The notes beneath the pieces are model-generated. The model searched no databases, was not told the origin of the DNA, and worked only from the letters and a program-made list of their open reading frames with translations. Shown here piece by piece: positions 9,448 to 18,549 of a stretch of 64,000 nt of DNA (positions are counted from its first letter, which is position 1; every line of letters begins with the position of its first letter). Source of the stretch: Mosigvirus mar005p1; the sequence record OZ035759.1. One strand, 5' to 3'. Made by a program: the position numbers and the translations under genes.

Positions 9448-9696
9448 TTATTCTTTTTCGCGAATAATAATTACTTGTTGAGGCTGCTGAGCCGATTTCT
9501 TTTCGGCAACGATAGACCAAATTAAAGTTCCAATCCAACCAACCATCGTCCAGTTAAAGAGTAAAGATACAAAGAAGATTGCTGTTGTGCTTTTTGTGCC
9601 ACGAATAAGTGCGATTACCCAAGGCAACATGTAAATGATGATTGAACCAATACCTGCGATTAAAACTGCTACTGAACTAGCTACGAATAATTCCAT
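9448..9696 (-). CDS. small membrane protein (two predicted TM helices)
   Basis: 82-aa hydrophobic ORF. Confidence 0.55.
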   Translation of the reverse strand: MELFVASSVAVLIAGIGSIIIYMLPWVIALIRGTKSTTAIFFVSLLFNWTMVGWIGTLIWSIVAEKKSAQQPQQVIIIREKE

Positions 9697-9757
9697 GTTA
9701 ATTTCCTCTTGATTTGTTATGTTTATAATATCTTGTTTTAACTTTGGTGTAAACCAA

Positions 9758-10126
9758 TTAATTAAATTTGTTTAAACGTTCAATACACTGGACGTAGTTA
9801 TTCGCGATTTGTTTCTGGGTAGGCTCTTTACCAGTTGTTTCAACATAGCGAATGAATGCGATTTCAGTAGCCTGTAAGCAATGTTCTTTAACGCGTTGTT
9901 CTTTTGACAATGCTACAGTATCAGAGTCACGATAACGTTGAGCATGAGCATCAGCTTGAATCATTCGATTACCTACAGTAACCGGGTCTTCCACTTCAAC
10001 TTTAGGTTGGTCGTACTGTTTAACATTCGGATTGTAAATCAGTTGGCCAACATTATTAGGGATAAAGCCATGGGCACCACAACCGGTTAATCCAAATACC
10101 ATTGCTAAAGCGATTAATTTTTTCAT
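9758..10126 (-). CDS. putative lipoprotein
   Basis: Track ORF trimmed to internal start MKKLIALAMVFGLTGC (lipobox LTGC); 5' extension overlaps promoter. Confidence 0.55.
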   Translation of the reverse strand: MKKLIALAMVFGLTGCGAHGFIPNNVGQLIYNPNVKQYDQPKVEVEDPVTVGNRMIQADAHAQRYRDSDTVALSKEQRVKEHCLQATEIAFIRYVETTGKEPTQKQIANNYVQCIERLNKFN

Positions 10127-10149
10127 TTCAATTTCCTCTGTAGTTGATA

Positions 10150-10186
10150 GAAAGATAGTAACACAGTATTTGGTGCTTGTAAACAC
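10150..10186 (-). promoter_or_regulatory. T4-type early promoter upstream of lipoprotein gene
   Basis: Minus strand GTTTACA-17 nt-TTACTAT. Confidence 0.4.
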
Positions 10187-10399
10187 CTATTTTAAACTTT
10201 TGCGAAATTTGCGTTTTTCCTGACGAATCTGTCGTTTAGTCGGACGTACAGCAAATTTAACGAAGTCCACTTTACCATGTGGAAACTTTTCAGATGCTTC
10301 ACAGTCCATCATTAGTTCCCATCCTTCCAGAATAAGAGCTTTCCATTGTGTAGTTGATGCAAATTCGTATGTTGATGGTTTAAACACAGTTGAATACAT
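10187..10399 (-). CDS. hypothetical protein with C-terminal VRPTKRQ-R-basic motif
   Basis: Track ORF trimmed to ATG preceded by GAGGA SD; paralogue of 39362..39532. Confidence 0.45.
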   Translation of the reverse strand: MYSTVFKPSTYEFASTTQWKALILEGWELMMDCEASEKFPHGKVDFVKFAVRPTKRQIRQEKRKFRKSLK

Positions 10400-10400
10400 A

Positions 10401-10592
10401 TTATCCTCTGAAATCAGCTTCAAAAACTTTCTCGTCATTAACAAATGCTTTAACTAATGCGTTGTTCACTTCAGCAAGTTGTACCGCAACCCACTCGATT
10501 TCTTCGCGATCACCTGATAACATGATATCTTTAGTGAACATCTCACCGCTTTTAAACCAGCCAATAAAAGTAACTTTAGTTAATTTGCTCAT
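10401..10592 (-). CDS. dmd: Dmd-like (discriminator of mRNA degradation) small protein
   Basis: 63 aa from ATG with GAGGAAAT SD; FIGWFK...MFTKDI resembles T4 Dmd as recalled; position next to sp/41. Confidence 0.5.
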   Translation of the reverse strand: MSKLTKVTFIGWFKSGEMFTKDIMLSGDREEIEWVAVQLAEVNNALVKAFVNDEKVFEADFRG

Positions 10593-10906
10593 ATTTCCTC
10601 GCAAAAGGCCCATTCAGCATGATATACTGTAGCGCCTTTAGTATCATTTAAACAAACCACGTCTACCGGAGAAATTACTCGATAGAGACGTGGTTCACCT
10701 CCATAAGAGCGTGCCGCTCGTCCTGCATAAATCTTTGCTAAACCGATATCTTCAGTAAAGAATACACGATCCAAGTTTTTCTTACGTCCGGTTTCAGACA
10801 GAACTCCTGTTTCTTCAGGAGGACAAAGCATGTTTTCGATGTTAGCTGAACTACTTGAACCGTGATAAAAAATCTTAAATTCTGCTTTACAATCGATGGT
10901 TTTCAT
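10589..10906 (-). CDS. hypothetical protein
   Basis: 105-aa ORF, ATGA overlap with dmd. Confidence 0.55.
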   Translation of the reverse strand: MKTIDCKAEFKIFYHGSSSSANIENMLCPPEETGVLSETGRKKNLDRVFFTEDIGLAKIYAGRAARSYGGEPRLYRVISPVDVVCLNDTKGATVYHAEWAFCEEI

Positions 10907-10922
10907 TTTGTTCTCCAGTAGT

Positions 10923-10951
10923 TGATAGGTCTATAATAACACAACTACTGG
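10923..10951 (-). promoter_or_regulatory. T4-type early promoter
   Basis: Minus strand GTTTACTTCTCC...17 nt...TATTAT, then GGAGAA SD. Confidence 0.55.
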
Positions 10952-10961
10952 AGAAGTAAAC

Positions 10962-11336
10962 TTAAAAACGTAATTTAGATATATCTGCGTTGATTTCGTT
11001 TTGGTTTGCGTCGTATGCAATTAAACGAACCGCTTTAGATGGGTCATTCAATGCATAGAAATGATGGAACATTGCTCGAACGATATCACCATTTACGAGT
11101 TCTACCTGGATAGGAGAACCTTTTTCGAGTTGGAAATGTTCATAAGCTTTGATGGTTCGTAGATAATCAAGTTTTTGATTTCCGGCTCCAACGATTTGTA
11201 CGATACGTTTGCCCATGTTTTCCATACGAGATACAATAGTTTTAGGAGCAAGAATAACGTAGGTTGCCAGTGGAGAAACTACTTCAACAGTTGTGTTTTC
11301 GGTGATTGCAGTAAAAATTGCTTGAGACATATTCAT
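10962..11336 (-). CDS. hypothetical protein
   Basis: 124-aa ORF. Confidence 0.55.
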   Translation of the reverse strand: MNMSQAIFTAITENTTVEVVSPLATYVILAPKTIVSRMENMGKRIVQIVGAGNQKLDYLRTIKAYEHFQLEKGSPIQVELVNGDIVRAMFHHFYALNDPSKAVRLIAYDANQNEINADISKLRF

Positions 11337-11365
11337 AATGTTTTCCTCTTGGTTAGTGTAAGTAC

Positions 11366-11395
11366 ATCATATCATGCCTAGAGGAAGATGTAAAC
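11366..11395 (-). promoter_or_regulatory. T4-type early promoter
   Basis: Minus strand GTTTACA-18 nt-TATGAT. Confidence 0.45.
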
Positions 11396-11398
11396 CCC

Positions 11399-11424
11399 GA
11401 AAGGAGACCGAAGTCTCCTTTTTA
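11399..11424 (-). terminator. UUCG-tetraloop hairpin after gene 41 (possibly bidirectional terminator)
   Basis: GGAGAC-UUCG-GUCUCC; U-run weak on minus strand (UUUCGGGGUUU), strong T-run on plus strand. Confidence 0.5.
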
Positions 11425-12867
11425 TTAAAATTTTAACTCGTTGGCTAAGCTATCTAGGTCAGCACGTGTTGCTTTGGCTTTACCTACGCGTTCCGTACGA
11501 TTCACCTCTGCCTGACGCATCTGAGCACCTGCGTTTTCATTTACTGTGTTAGGTGTGTTCATGCCTTCTTGCTCAATCTCAATCCATTTCTGGTTGCCTT
11601 TACGTACACCCATCAGGAATTTATTCCACTTATTCTTATCGCCATATCGTGATTTGATTTGTTTGATAAGTTGTTGTTCAGCTTGTGCAAGTTCTTCGGT
11701 TTCAATTACAGCCAACATGAAATCTGCCGTTGCTGGTAAACCTGCTGATTCTGCAATATCACTCATGTTCATATCCGAAGCATCCCATGCTGCACGTCCT
11801 ACTTGAGCTGCAGTCCATAGAACTGTTTCAGATTCTACTGCTAATGCACGAAGTTCTTCTGCGATAGCTTTAACTAATGTGTAGCTATTTTCAGTGTAAA
11901 CTCTGATACGACAAGACCCACAAATACCTAAGTAATCAACCATGATTACAGATGGCACAAAGTTCTTCTTAAGTTTTAACTCATTAAGCAATGCACGAAA
12001 TGTATTAGCATTAGCTCCACCAGTAGGATACTGTTTAACTACTAAACGTCCTAATGTGGATTTTGAACGCCATTTTTCCATCTTGGCTTTATATTCAGCA
12101 TAAGATACGTTACCATCATCGATATCATCGAGCGATACATCAAGCATGTTTGCATCTATACGCTTAGCACAAACTTCTTCAGCCATTTCCATGGAAATAT
12201 AAAGAACATTATGACCTGTTTGAAGATAATCTGCAGCAAGTGAACAAAGGCCTAAAGATTTACCAACGTTAACACCGGCCATTAAAACATTCAGTGTACC
12301 GGTTTCAGCACCACCTTTAGTGATTTTATTCAGAATGTTTAATTTGAACGGGACCTTACGTGCTTTGTTCAGATAAGAAAGCCAGCGTGCTTCATAGTCT
12401 TCCATCCAGTCATGCCCAACATAACTATCAAACGAAATTGAAAGTGCTTGACGCATAATATCAGGAATAGCTCCTACGTCAGGCATTTTCTTGTTACGTT
12501 GTTCTGGAGGTAGTTCAGCATTAGACTGAATCTCAATGATTTTGGATGTAGCATTATACATCGCTTTTTGCTGGACATATTTCTCAGTTTCTTTAACCAA
12601 CCATTCATGGTCTTCAGGAGTATCAGCCAATTTTTCAATTAGGTCTGAAGTTCCTTTATATTCGGCTTCAGTTAAAGAACTGTTATCTAAAGCCACCTTT
12701 AATGCATTGATAGATGGCATTGCATTATATTCGTTAACGTGGCTCTTTATAATTTTAAAGACATTTTTTGCCGGTCCACGCTCAAAATACTCAGAATCCA
12801 TATAAGGCCAGACCTTAGAAAAATAAGCCTGGTCATATACTAGATGAGACAAAATAATTTCTACCAC
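11425..12867 (-). CDS. 41: Replicative DNA helicase gp41 (DnaB-like)
   Basis: 480 aa; Walker A GVNVGKS; size and position as T4 gp41. Confidence 0.9.
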   Translation of the reverse strand: MVEIILSHLVYDQAYFSKVWPYMDSEYFERGPAKNVFKIIKSHVNEYNAMPSINALKVALDNSSLTEAEYKGTSDLIEKLADTPEDHEWLVKETEKYVQQKAMYNATSKIIEIQSNAELPPEQRNKKMPDVGAIPDIMRQALSISFDSYVGHDWMEDYEARWLSYLNKARKVPFKLNILNKITKGGAETGTLNVLMAGVNVGKSLGLCSLAADYLQTGHNVLYISMEMAEEVCAKRIDANMLDVSLDDIDDGNVSYAEYKAKMEKWRSKSTLGRLVVKQYPTGGANANTFRALLNELKLKKNFVPSVIMVDYLGICGSCRIRVYTENSYTLVKAIAEELRALAVESETVLWTAAQVGRAAWDASDMNMSDIAESAGLPATADFMLAVIETEELAQAEQQLIKQIKSRYGDKNKWNKFLMGVRKGNQKWIEIEQEGMNTPNTVNENAGAQMRQAEVNRTERVGKAKATRADLDSLANELKF

Positions 12868-12876
12868 GATAACTCC

Positions 12877-13239
12877 TTAAAAGAATTTAAATTTTTTCTT
12901 GGTCCGTTCATTAAAAGCTTGTTGTACTTGCATTGTAACACATTTTTCAACATGTGGTGCAAGTTCTGCTTTTCTGTCCTGGTCAAGAACTGCAAAGTCC
13001 ATTACGATTTTACCATCAACCCAGTCTAGTTTTGTAATATAGACTATATGATGAGAACCGTCTTCAAGCGTAATCAGAATCTCTTGAATGACATTTTCCA
13101 TTGCCGAACGGATAATTTTAAGAGATTCATTAAACACTCGTTCTTTGCGAATGTCTTCCCCTTCCGAAGAAGGGGATTCATCAACGATTTCTAGATTTAA
13201 ATCATCGAGATTATTCATCGAAATCTTCCATTTCGTCAA
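12877..13239 (-). CDS. 40: hypothetical acidic protein at gene 40 position
   Basis: 120-aa ORF between 41 and uvsX; assignment positional. Confidence 0.45.
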   Translation of the reverse strand: MTKWKISMNNLDDLNLEIVDESPSSEGEDIRKERVFNESLKIIRSAMENVIQEILITLEDGSHHIVYITKLDWVDGKIVMDFAVLDQDRKAELAPHVEKCVTMQVQQAFNERTKKKFKFF

Positions 13240-14383
13240 GGTCGTTTTCTATATCTGCTGCAGACGGAGCATCAGAAGTTTTAACCGGAACTTTAGTTGT
13301 TGCTTTGCAATTAATAAGGTCATTAACAGCGTCATCAACTTCTTTAATAGAAGAGATAGCACCTAGTTTATATTTAGTTTCAATTGCATCTCGGAAAGGT
13401 TTGTGTTTAAACAACGGTCCCCAGAATTCTACACAATCAGTAGCTTTAGCACGCCATGATTTTTCTTCACGAATCATTTCGCCTGTTTCTTCGTCAAGGA
13501 ATTCGCGAGCATACCACCCGGCTTTAGGCTTAACTACAAATCCAATTTCAGTTGCCATTTCTAACAAGCCACTGAATGGGTCGATACCACCATCAAAATT
13601 AACCGTGATTGGGAAAGTAGATTTTTCTTTAACGGTACGAGATTTTTCCGCTTTCAACGTGAAGTCATAACCGGTCAATTCTGTACCTTCTTTAACCTGA
13701 CGTTTAGAGATAAAGAATACAGTGTTAGCAGAATAAAGAATACCTGTACCACCACCCATAATCTCTTTAGGATATAGTCCGCCGATTTCCATTGCGGTAT
13801 GGTTGATTGCAACACATGGAATATCTTTAATAGTCAGATAAGGAGTCACAATGCGGAACAGAGATTTAAGTGCCTTAGCACGAGACATATCACCTACGAC
13901 TTTCTCGTTCAATGCATCTTCGGTTTCTTTCTTAGATGCAGTATTACCGATTGAATCGATAAAGATAATAACTTTATCACCGCGTTCAATAGCGTCAAGC
14001 TGATTAGTCATATCAACTTTAAGTTGTTCGACGGACTGAATTGGTGTATGAACTACACGGTCTAAATCAACACCCATCGAACGAAAATAAGATTCTGAAG
14101 CACCGAATTCCGAATCATAGAACAAACAGATTGCATCTTTATATTTCTTCATATATGCTGCAACCATGGTCAGCCCAAACAATGTTTTAAAATGTTTAGA
14201 AGGAGCAGCAAAAATAGTTAAGCCTGATTGCAACCCAGCATTCAGTGCACCACCTAATGCAATATTCAACATCGGAATACGAGTAGGGACTTCATCACGA
14301 TTATTAAACAGCTTAGACTTAGTCAAGTCTGCAGTCATTTTAGAAGTAGAAGCTTTAATCAGACGAGATTTTAAATCAGACAT
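13211..14383 (-). CDS. uvsX: UvsX recombinase (RecA-like)
   Basis: 390 aa; RecA-fold P-loop region; size matches T4 UvsX (391 aa). Confidence 0.88.
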   Translation of the reverse strand: MSDLKSRLIKASTSKMTADLTKSKLFNNRDEVPTRIPMLNIALGGALNAGLQSGLTIFAAPSKHFKTLFGLTMVAAYMKKYKDAICLFYDSEFGASESYFRSMGVDLDRVVHTPIQSVEQLKVDMTNQLDAIERGDKVIIFIDSIGNTASKKETEDALNEKVVGDMSRAKALKSLFRIVTPYLTIKDIPCVAINHTAMEIGGLYPKEIMGGGTGILYSANTVFFISKRQVKEGTELTGYDFTLKAEKSRTVKEKSTFPITVNFDGGIDPFSGLLEMATEIGFVVKPKAGWYAREFLDEETGEMIREEKSWRAKATDCVEFWGPLFKHKPFRDAIETKYKLGAISSIKEVDDAVNDLINCKATTKVPVKTSDAPSAADIENDLDEMEDFDE

Positions 14384-14481
14384 TGTATTTTTCCATAGGC
14401 ATCATTATATTTTACTCATGTTTAAAAGATAAGACGATTATATACTAATGGTTATACAGCATTTAAAACTTTAAATGGCTC

Positions 14482-15030
14482 TTAACGAGCCCATTTGATA
14501 ATTTCTGTAATCAAATAATTACGTTCGCTTGCATTAAATCCTATAACTTTGTTAGCACCATCATGATTAAGTAATTGATACGTTTGGATTTCGTTATGAA
14601 TTGCAAACTCTTCAAAATGTGAAATGACTGTATTAAAACCGAATGAAGACAAAGTAATAAGGTCGTCTTCAAAACTTTCAGTCATTTCGTTACGTGTTAA
14701 AATAATTGTGAACACATCATGGTTTTGGCAAAGACGAATATAATCCTGTTCATAAACGTCAAGAACCGAGTCCGCATCTTGTCGAATACGTCCGTAAACC
14801 CAGTTACTAATATATCCACGGTCTAATAGATAAATCTTAGTAGGGTCTAAATAATTCAACATCGTTTCGAAACAGCCAACTTCGTTTCGAGACTTAACAT
14901 CGAAACGCCCATCAACTGTTCGTTTAGGGAAATCAATCTTTACATATCTTTCACTAATTTCCATTATGTCATTAATGAAAGTTGTTTTACCAGCATTATC
15001 CGGGCCATCTACTAAAATAATTTTAGCCAT
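14482..15030 (-). CDS. P-loop nucleotide/nucleoside kinase-like protein (thymidylate-kinase fold)
   Basis: 182 aa; P-loop VDGPDNAGKTT and DRG(Y) motif; not present at this locus in T4. Confidence 0.55.
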   Translation of the reverse strand: MAKIILVDGPDNAGKTTFINDIMEISERYVKIDFPKRTVDGRFDVKSRNEVGCFETMLNYLDPTKIYLLDRGYISNWVYGRIRQDADSVLDVYEQDYIRLCQNHDVFTIILTRNEMTESFEDDLITLSSFGFNTVISHFEEFAIHNEIQTYQLLNHDGANKVIGFNASERNYLITEIIKWAR

Positions 15031-15031
15031 T

Positions 15032-15931
15032 TTATTCCTCGATTACGACATCTTCGTATTTAGGTATATTATACGGCGAAGAAATTAAAGCATTAAAGTA
15101 GATGAACTCGCCAAGACCTGGATGGAATACTTCTTCAGGATTTTCGAAATATTGAATCTTCGGACGTCCTTTAAGAATTTGATAGTACTCAGTTTTAGTT
15201 GGTTTAAAAATTCGAATCAGCGCTTCTTCAGGATACTTATTTCTGTCGAAGCTATTATTTGGATCGGTTATATAAAGCGGTTGACCTAATTGAATTGCAC
15301 ATTCAACCACTTGTTCAAAACGATAACATGGGTCACTAATTCGAAATGGATGAAAAATACCATCTAGATGAATAGGAGCCAAATCACCTACAAGACGCTG
15401 CATGATGGAAGGACGTATAACTTTCTGGGTTATGATAATCTTATTACCATCGGCACCCGCGTTAACCAGCACTTCCTTTTGACGTTTATTCAACACAGTA
15501 GTTTGAAGTGAACGATTAACAGACAACATGTCGGTTTTTAAGAATTCGTCAATATAAAAACGTGGTTTATTAGGGTCTGCAGTGATATTGAAATTGAATT
15601 CTACATCAAAAGCGCCGTCATATCCAGTGATATCTGTGATTAGAAAATCACAATCATAATAAGCAATTAATGAATCAACCACAAATTCATTTTCAGACCA
15701 AAAATATTTACGAGTGTTATACGCGTTATCTTTATACCATAATGGAACAAACTTAAATTCCGGGAAAAGACGTTCACATTCTTTAATATCAGATGCATTA
15801 CGTGGATATGTAATCACATCACCCGGATTAGCACGGTGCAAATGAAGTTGGAAGTTGCCATCCTTAAGGATAGCATACTGTCCAGTTTCATAAGACCGCA
15901 TACTCAAGATTGGTACGCGGAAAATAGCCAT
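15032..15931 (-). CDS. hypothetical protein occupying the beta-glucosyltransferase slot (candidate DNA glycosyltransferase)
   Basis: 299-aa ORF between kinase and gene 42; no recognisable similarity to T4 Bgt; function inferred from context only. Confidence 0.45.
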   Translation of the reverse strand: MAIFRVPILSMRSYETGQYAILKDGNFQLHLHRANPGDVITYPRNASDIKECERLFPEFKFVPLWYKDNAYNTRKYFWSENEFVVDSLIAYYDCDFLITDITGYDGAFDVEFNFNITADPNKPRFYIDEFLKTDMLSVNRSLQTTVLNKRQKEVLVNAGADGNKIIITQKVIRPSIMQRLVGDLAPIHLDGIFHPFRISDPCYRFEQVVECAIQLGQPLYITDPNNSFDRNKYPEEALIRIFKPTKTEYYQILKGRPKIQYFENPEEVFHPGLGEFIYFNALISSPYNIPKYEDVVIEE

Positions 15932-16647
15932 TAGTCAAGGAATCCTTTAACATAATCAAAATCACGTTCAAACACATGGGCACTTACCATGGTATGAGTA
16001 TAATCACCAACTTCTACACCACATTCGTTAGCGATATAATGAAGTAATTTTCCTTGGAGATAAAAATCTAACTGCATAACAACAGCACAGTTCTGAGAAC
16101 GCATATGACAGTGGGTATAAAGCTTACCATCACGAATATAATAAGTCACTGAGTCAGTACATGGATATTCAAGCGTTTCGTCCGAATCAAGCAAAGCCTG
16201 ATCAGAACTTTCTAGAATTTGGAACACAACTCTTCGAGAGTTAGGCTTCTCTTTAAGTTCTTTTAGAAGAGCTGGTAATTGGGCCGCAATGCGAGGACCA
16301 TAGAAAGTGTTGAAGTTCGCCGGCAAAACATCTGATTTTGGTTTAGAAATAAATTTAGCGACATTAGGATATGCCTTAAACGCTTCTTCTGCGTTGGTAC
16401 CACCAGAAATCATAAACTTCCAGAAGTCTTCGGCATATTCATAAGAGATGCGGTTAATACGTGGGTCGGTCATTTTGAATGATGATGGAGTGTCAACAAC
16501 TACTGTCATAGACCCAATTTCATTACAACGTCCAATACGAGAATCAGTTACGAATTCCGGGTTTTCTAAAATTTCACGATTGACTGCTTTAAATGCGGCT
16601 TGAAAATCTGCGGCTTTGATATATTTCATTGTGTTATGTTTTCCCAT
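15931..16647 (-). CDS. 42: dCMP hydroxymethylase homologue (thymidylate-synthase fold)
   Basis: 238 aa; position after uvsX; ...CHMRSQNCAVVMQLDFY... resembles the T4 gp42 core as recalled. Confidence 0.7.
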   Translation of the reverse strand: MGKHNTMKYIKAADFQAAFKAVNREILENPEFVTDSRIGRCNEIGSMTVVVDTPSSFKMTDPRINRISYEYAEDFWKFMISGGTNAEEAFKAYPNVAKFISKPKSDVLPANFNTFYGPRIAAQLPALLKELKEKPNSRRVVFQILESSDQALLDSDETLEYPCTDSVTYYIRDGKLYTHCHMRSQNCAVVMQLDFYLQGKLLHYIANECGVEVGDYTHTMVSAHVFERDFDYVKGFLD

Positions 16648-16654
16648 GTTTACC

Positions 16655-16685
16655 TCAATACAATTTATTATATACTCAATTCGTA
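16655..16685 (-). promoter_or_regulatory. candidate MotA-dependent middle promoter upstream of gene 42
   Basis: Minus strand AGCTTTA (MotA-box-like) -11 nt- TATAAT. Confidence 0.35.
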
Positions 16686-16689
16686 AAGC

Positions 16690-16929
16690 TTATTTGAATT
16701 TCTTGGCAATGTTGATATAACGTAAAGCTTCAGCATCGATATTTCCAAGAACACTATGAAGAAATGCATCAGCATAGTATTCCAATTGAACAGGTTCTTT
16801 AATCACTTTAGCCGCTTTAGTTTCAAACAGGCCCATCAGGGCCTTTTTAAGAATTTGTTCGTTGCTGTTAATTTTAATAGTCAAAATCTCTTCATTAAGT
16901 TGGTGGTTAAAAGTTTTTCTAGAAATCAT
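16690..16929 (-). CDS. hypothetical protein
   Basis: 79-aa ORF. Confidence 0.5.
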   Translation of the reverse strand: MISRKTFNHQLNEEILTIKINSNEQILKKALMGLFETKAAKVIKEPVQLEYYADAFLHSVLGNIDAEALRYINIAKKFK

Positions 16930-18086
16930 TCCGGGTACCTCAAAGCGTCATCAGAGTTAGTTATATCAATAATAGATATAGAGTTTTCTGCTAACCCGTT
17001 TTTAGATAATTGACGTTTATAATATCTTTCACAATATGTACACGTCGTCCCGCAGATCTCATTAGCACAATCGAAATCTGGATGTCTGAACCACCTTTTT
17101 TCTAAAAAGCCATCTAACAAAGAGGTTTCAATATTTACTGTATGTGAAAACTCAGTTTCGTTTTCAAGAGTGAAAATAGTCTCTAAAGGCTTCCACAGTT
17201 CTAACAAATTACCTTCAAACTTTTCAGAAGCGTATGCTTCAAGAACTTTCAAAATGTAGTCTGTGCTACCTGTACGTCCTGAAACTTTGAATTGAGTGAT
17301 ACCAATATCATTATAAAGTTTCAAATCTTGAGGACGAACAAAACGAGTTCTCAACCAGTTAAATGGGTCTGTATCACGAGCTTTAATACAGTGTTGCATT
17401 GGATATCCGTTTAAGGATTTAGCATCATCAGCTGTAACATCAGTACTATGGAAAATATAGCAAGAGTCACGATAGCTACAATGTGTTGTATACCCTTTAC
17501 CAGCATTAGAACAGAACTCATTTACAAGAACTTCAAATATTATATTGTTCTTATTGCAAAACTCTGCTGCACGCTTCAGGAAAGAAACTGAACGGTTCTT
17601 ATGAATTCCACAGCAGACCTTTTTGATATTATATTGGTCATGCAAGTATTTGATTTGAGTTACAGCATCGACATGTAGAATTGTTGAAACTTCAATCTCA
17701 ATGTCTTTATTGACTTCACGAACAATTTCCATAACAACAGGGTTAGCGATAGTAATACGCCATACGCCTATTGACCAAAGATACTGAACATAATCCTGAA
17801 TAGCTTTCTTCTTCCACTCAACTAGTTCTCTTTTTGAACCAGGATTTATCGTGTTGAGTGTATAGTTAAAGCAAATACCTAATTCGTTACAACGTTTAAC
17901 GTAATCTTCTAACATCTTTTTGTCAACGTCAGGAAGCCTAAAATCAGGTCTGGCTGCTACAAAAGCCATTTCTCTTGTAGAGCCGTATACTTCATTTATC
18001 AAGCTATTAGGATAAGTTTTATTGAGCTCTACGATTTTATCAAGAAGAGCTAAATCAAAATTCGTTCCGATTTTAAAAGTATTCAT
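16926..18086 (-). CDS. hypothetical Cys-rich protein (possible metal/Fe-S binding), modification-cluster member
   Basis: 386 aa; C-terminal C-x4-C-x3-C-x2-C (CANEICGTTCTYC) plus several other Cys. Confidence 0.55.
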   Translation of the reverse strand: MNTFKIGTNFDLALLDKIVELNKTYPNSLINEVYGSTREMAFVAARPDFRLPDVDKKMLEDYVKRCNELGICFNYTLNTINPGSKRELVEWKKKAIQDYVQYLWSIGVWRITIANPVVMEIVREVNKDIEIEVSTILHVDAVTQIKYLHDQYNIKKVCCGIHKNRSVSFLKRAAEFCNKNNIIFEVLVNEFCSNAGKGYTTHCSYRDSCYIFHSTDVTADDAKSLNGYPMQHCIKARDTDPFNWLRTRFVRPQDLKLYNDIGITQFKVSGRTGSTDYILKVLEAYASEKFEGNLLELWKPLETIFTLENETEFSHTVNIETSLLDGFLEKRWFRHPDFDCANEICGTTCTYCERYYKRQLSKNGLAENSISIIDITNSDDALRYPE

Positions 18087-18147
18087 TTTTTTTTTTGCAT
18101 CCCACGTTAATTGATGCGATGGTTTTTTGCAGGTCTTACTTAAATTA

Positions 18148-18549
18148 TTATAGATTCGGTTTATACGATTTAAATGTTTCGAATTCGCCTTTATTCATAA
18201 GAGCTTTGAATTCGTCAGGACGCATAGCTTTGTCGTCGATAATCCAATCATATACTGGTTTATGTGTTAGCAAATTATGGTACTTCAATCCAATGTTTGC
18301 TAAGTTCTGAATCAGACTCGGGAGAATGTCAATTGCTATACGACCAGGACCTACTGACTTCATACCGCGAGCAGTGTAAAGCGTTATGGTATGCCCTGCA
18401 TCATACAGGGCATTAATGGCAGACACCATTTCGACGTCCGGCTTGAAGTTCACGTAATCACGATTGTTATTCCACTCTGTTATACAATCATCGACATCAA
18501 AACAAAGATTAAGCATGTTTTCTACACGGCGCATTAGATTCGTTCCCAT
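18148..18549 (-). CDS. HAD-superfamily phosphatase
   Basis: 133 aa; N-terminal DxDx(T) motif FDVDDCIT. Confidence 0.6.
   Translation of the reverse strand: MGTNLMRRVENMLNLCFDVDDCITEWNNNRDYVNFKPDVEMVSAINALYDAGHTITLYTARGMKSVGPGRIAIDILPSLIQNLANIGLKYHNLLTHKPVYDWIIDDKAMRPDEFKALMNKGEFETFKSYKPNL

Noticed and set aside
11399-11436. Plus-strand terminator reading of the gene 41 hairpin (GGAGAC-CGAA-GTCTCC + TTTTTATT)
   Set aside because: No plus-strand gene upstream to terminate; kept as a minus-strand or bidirectional terminator instead.
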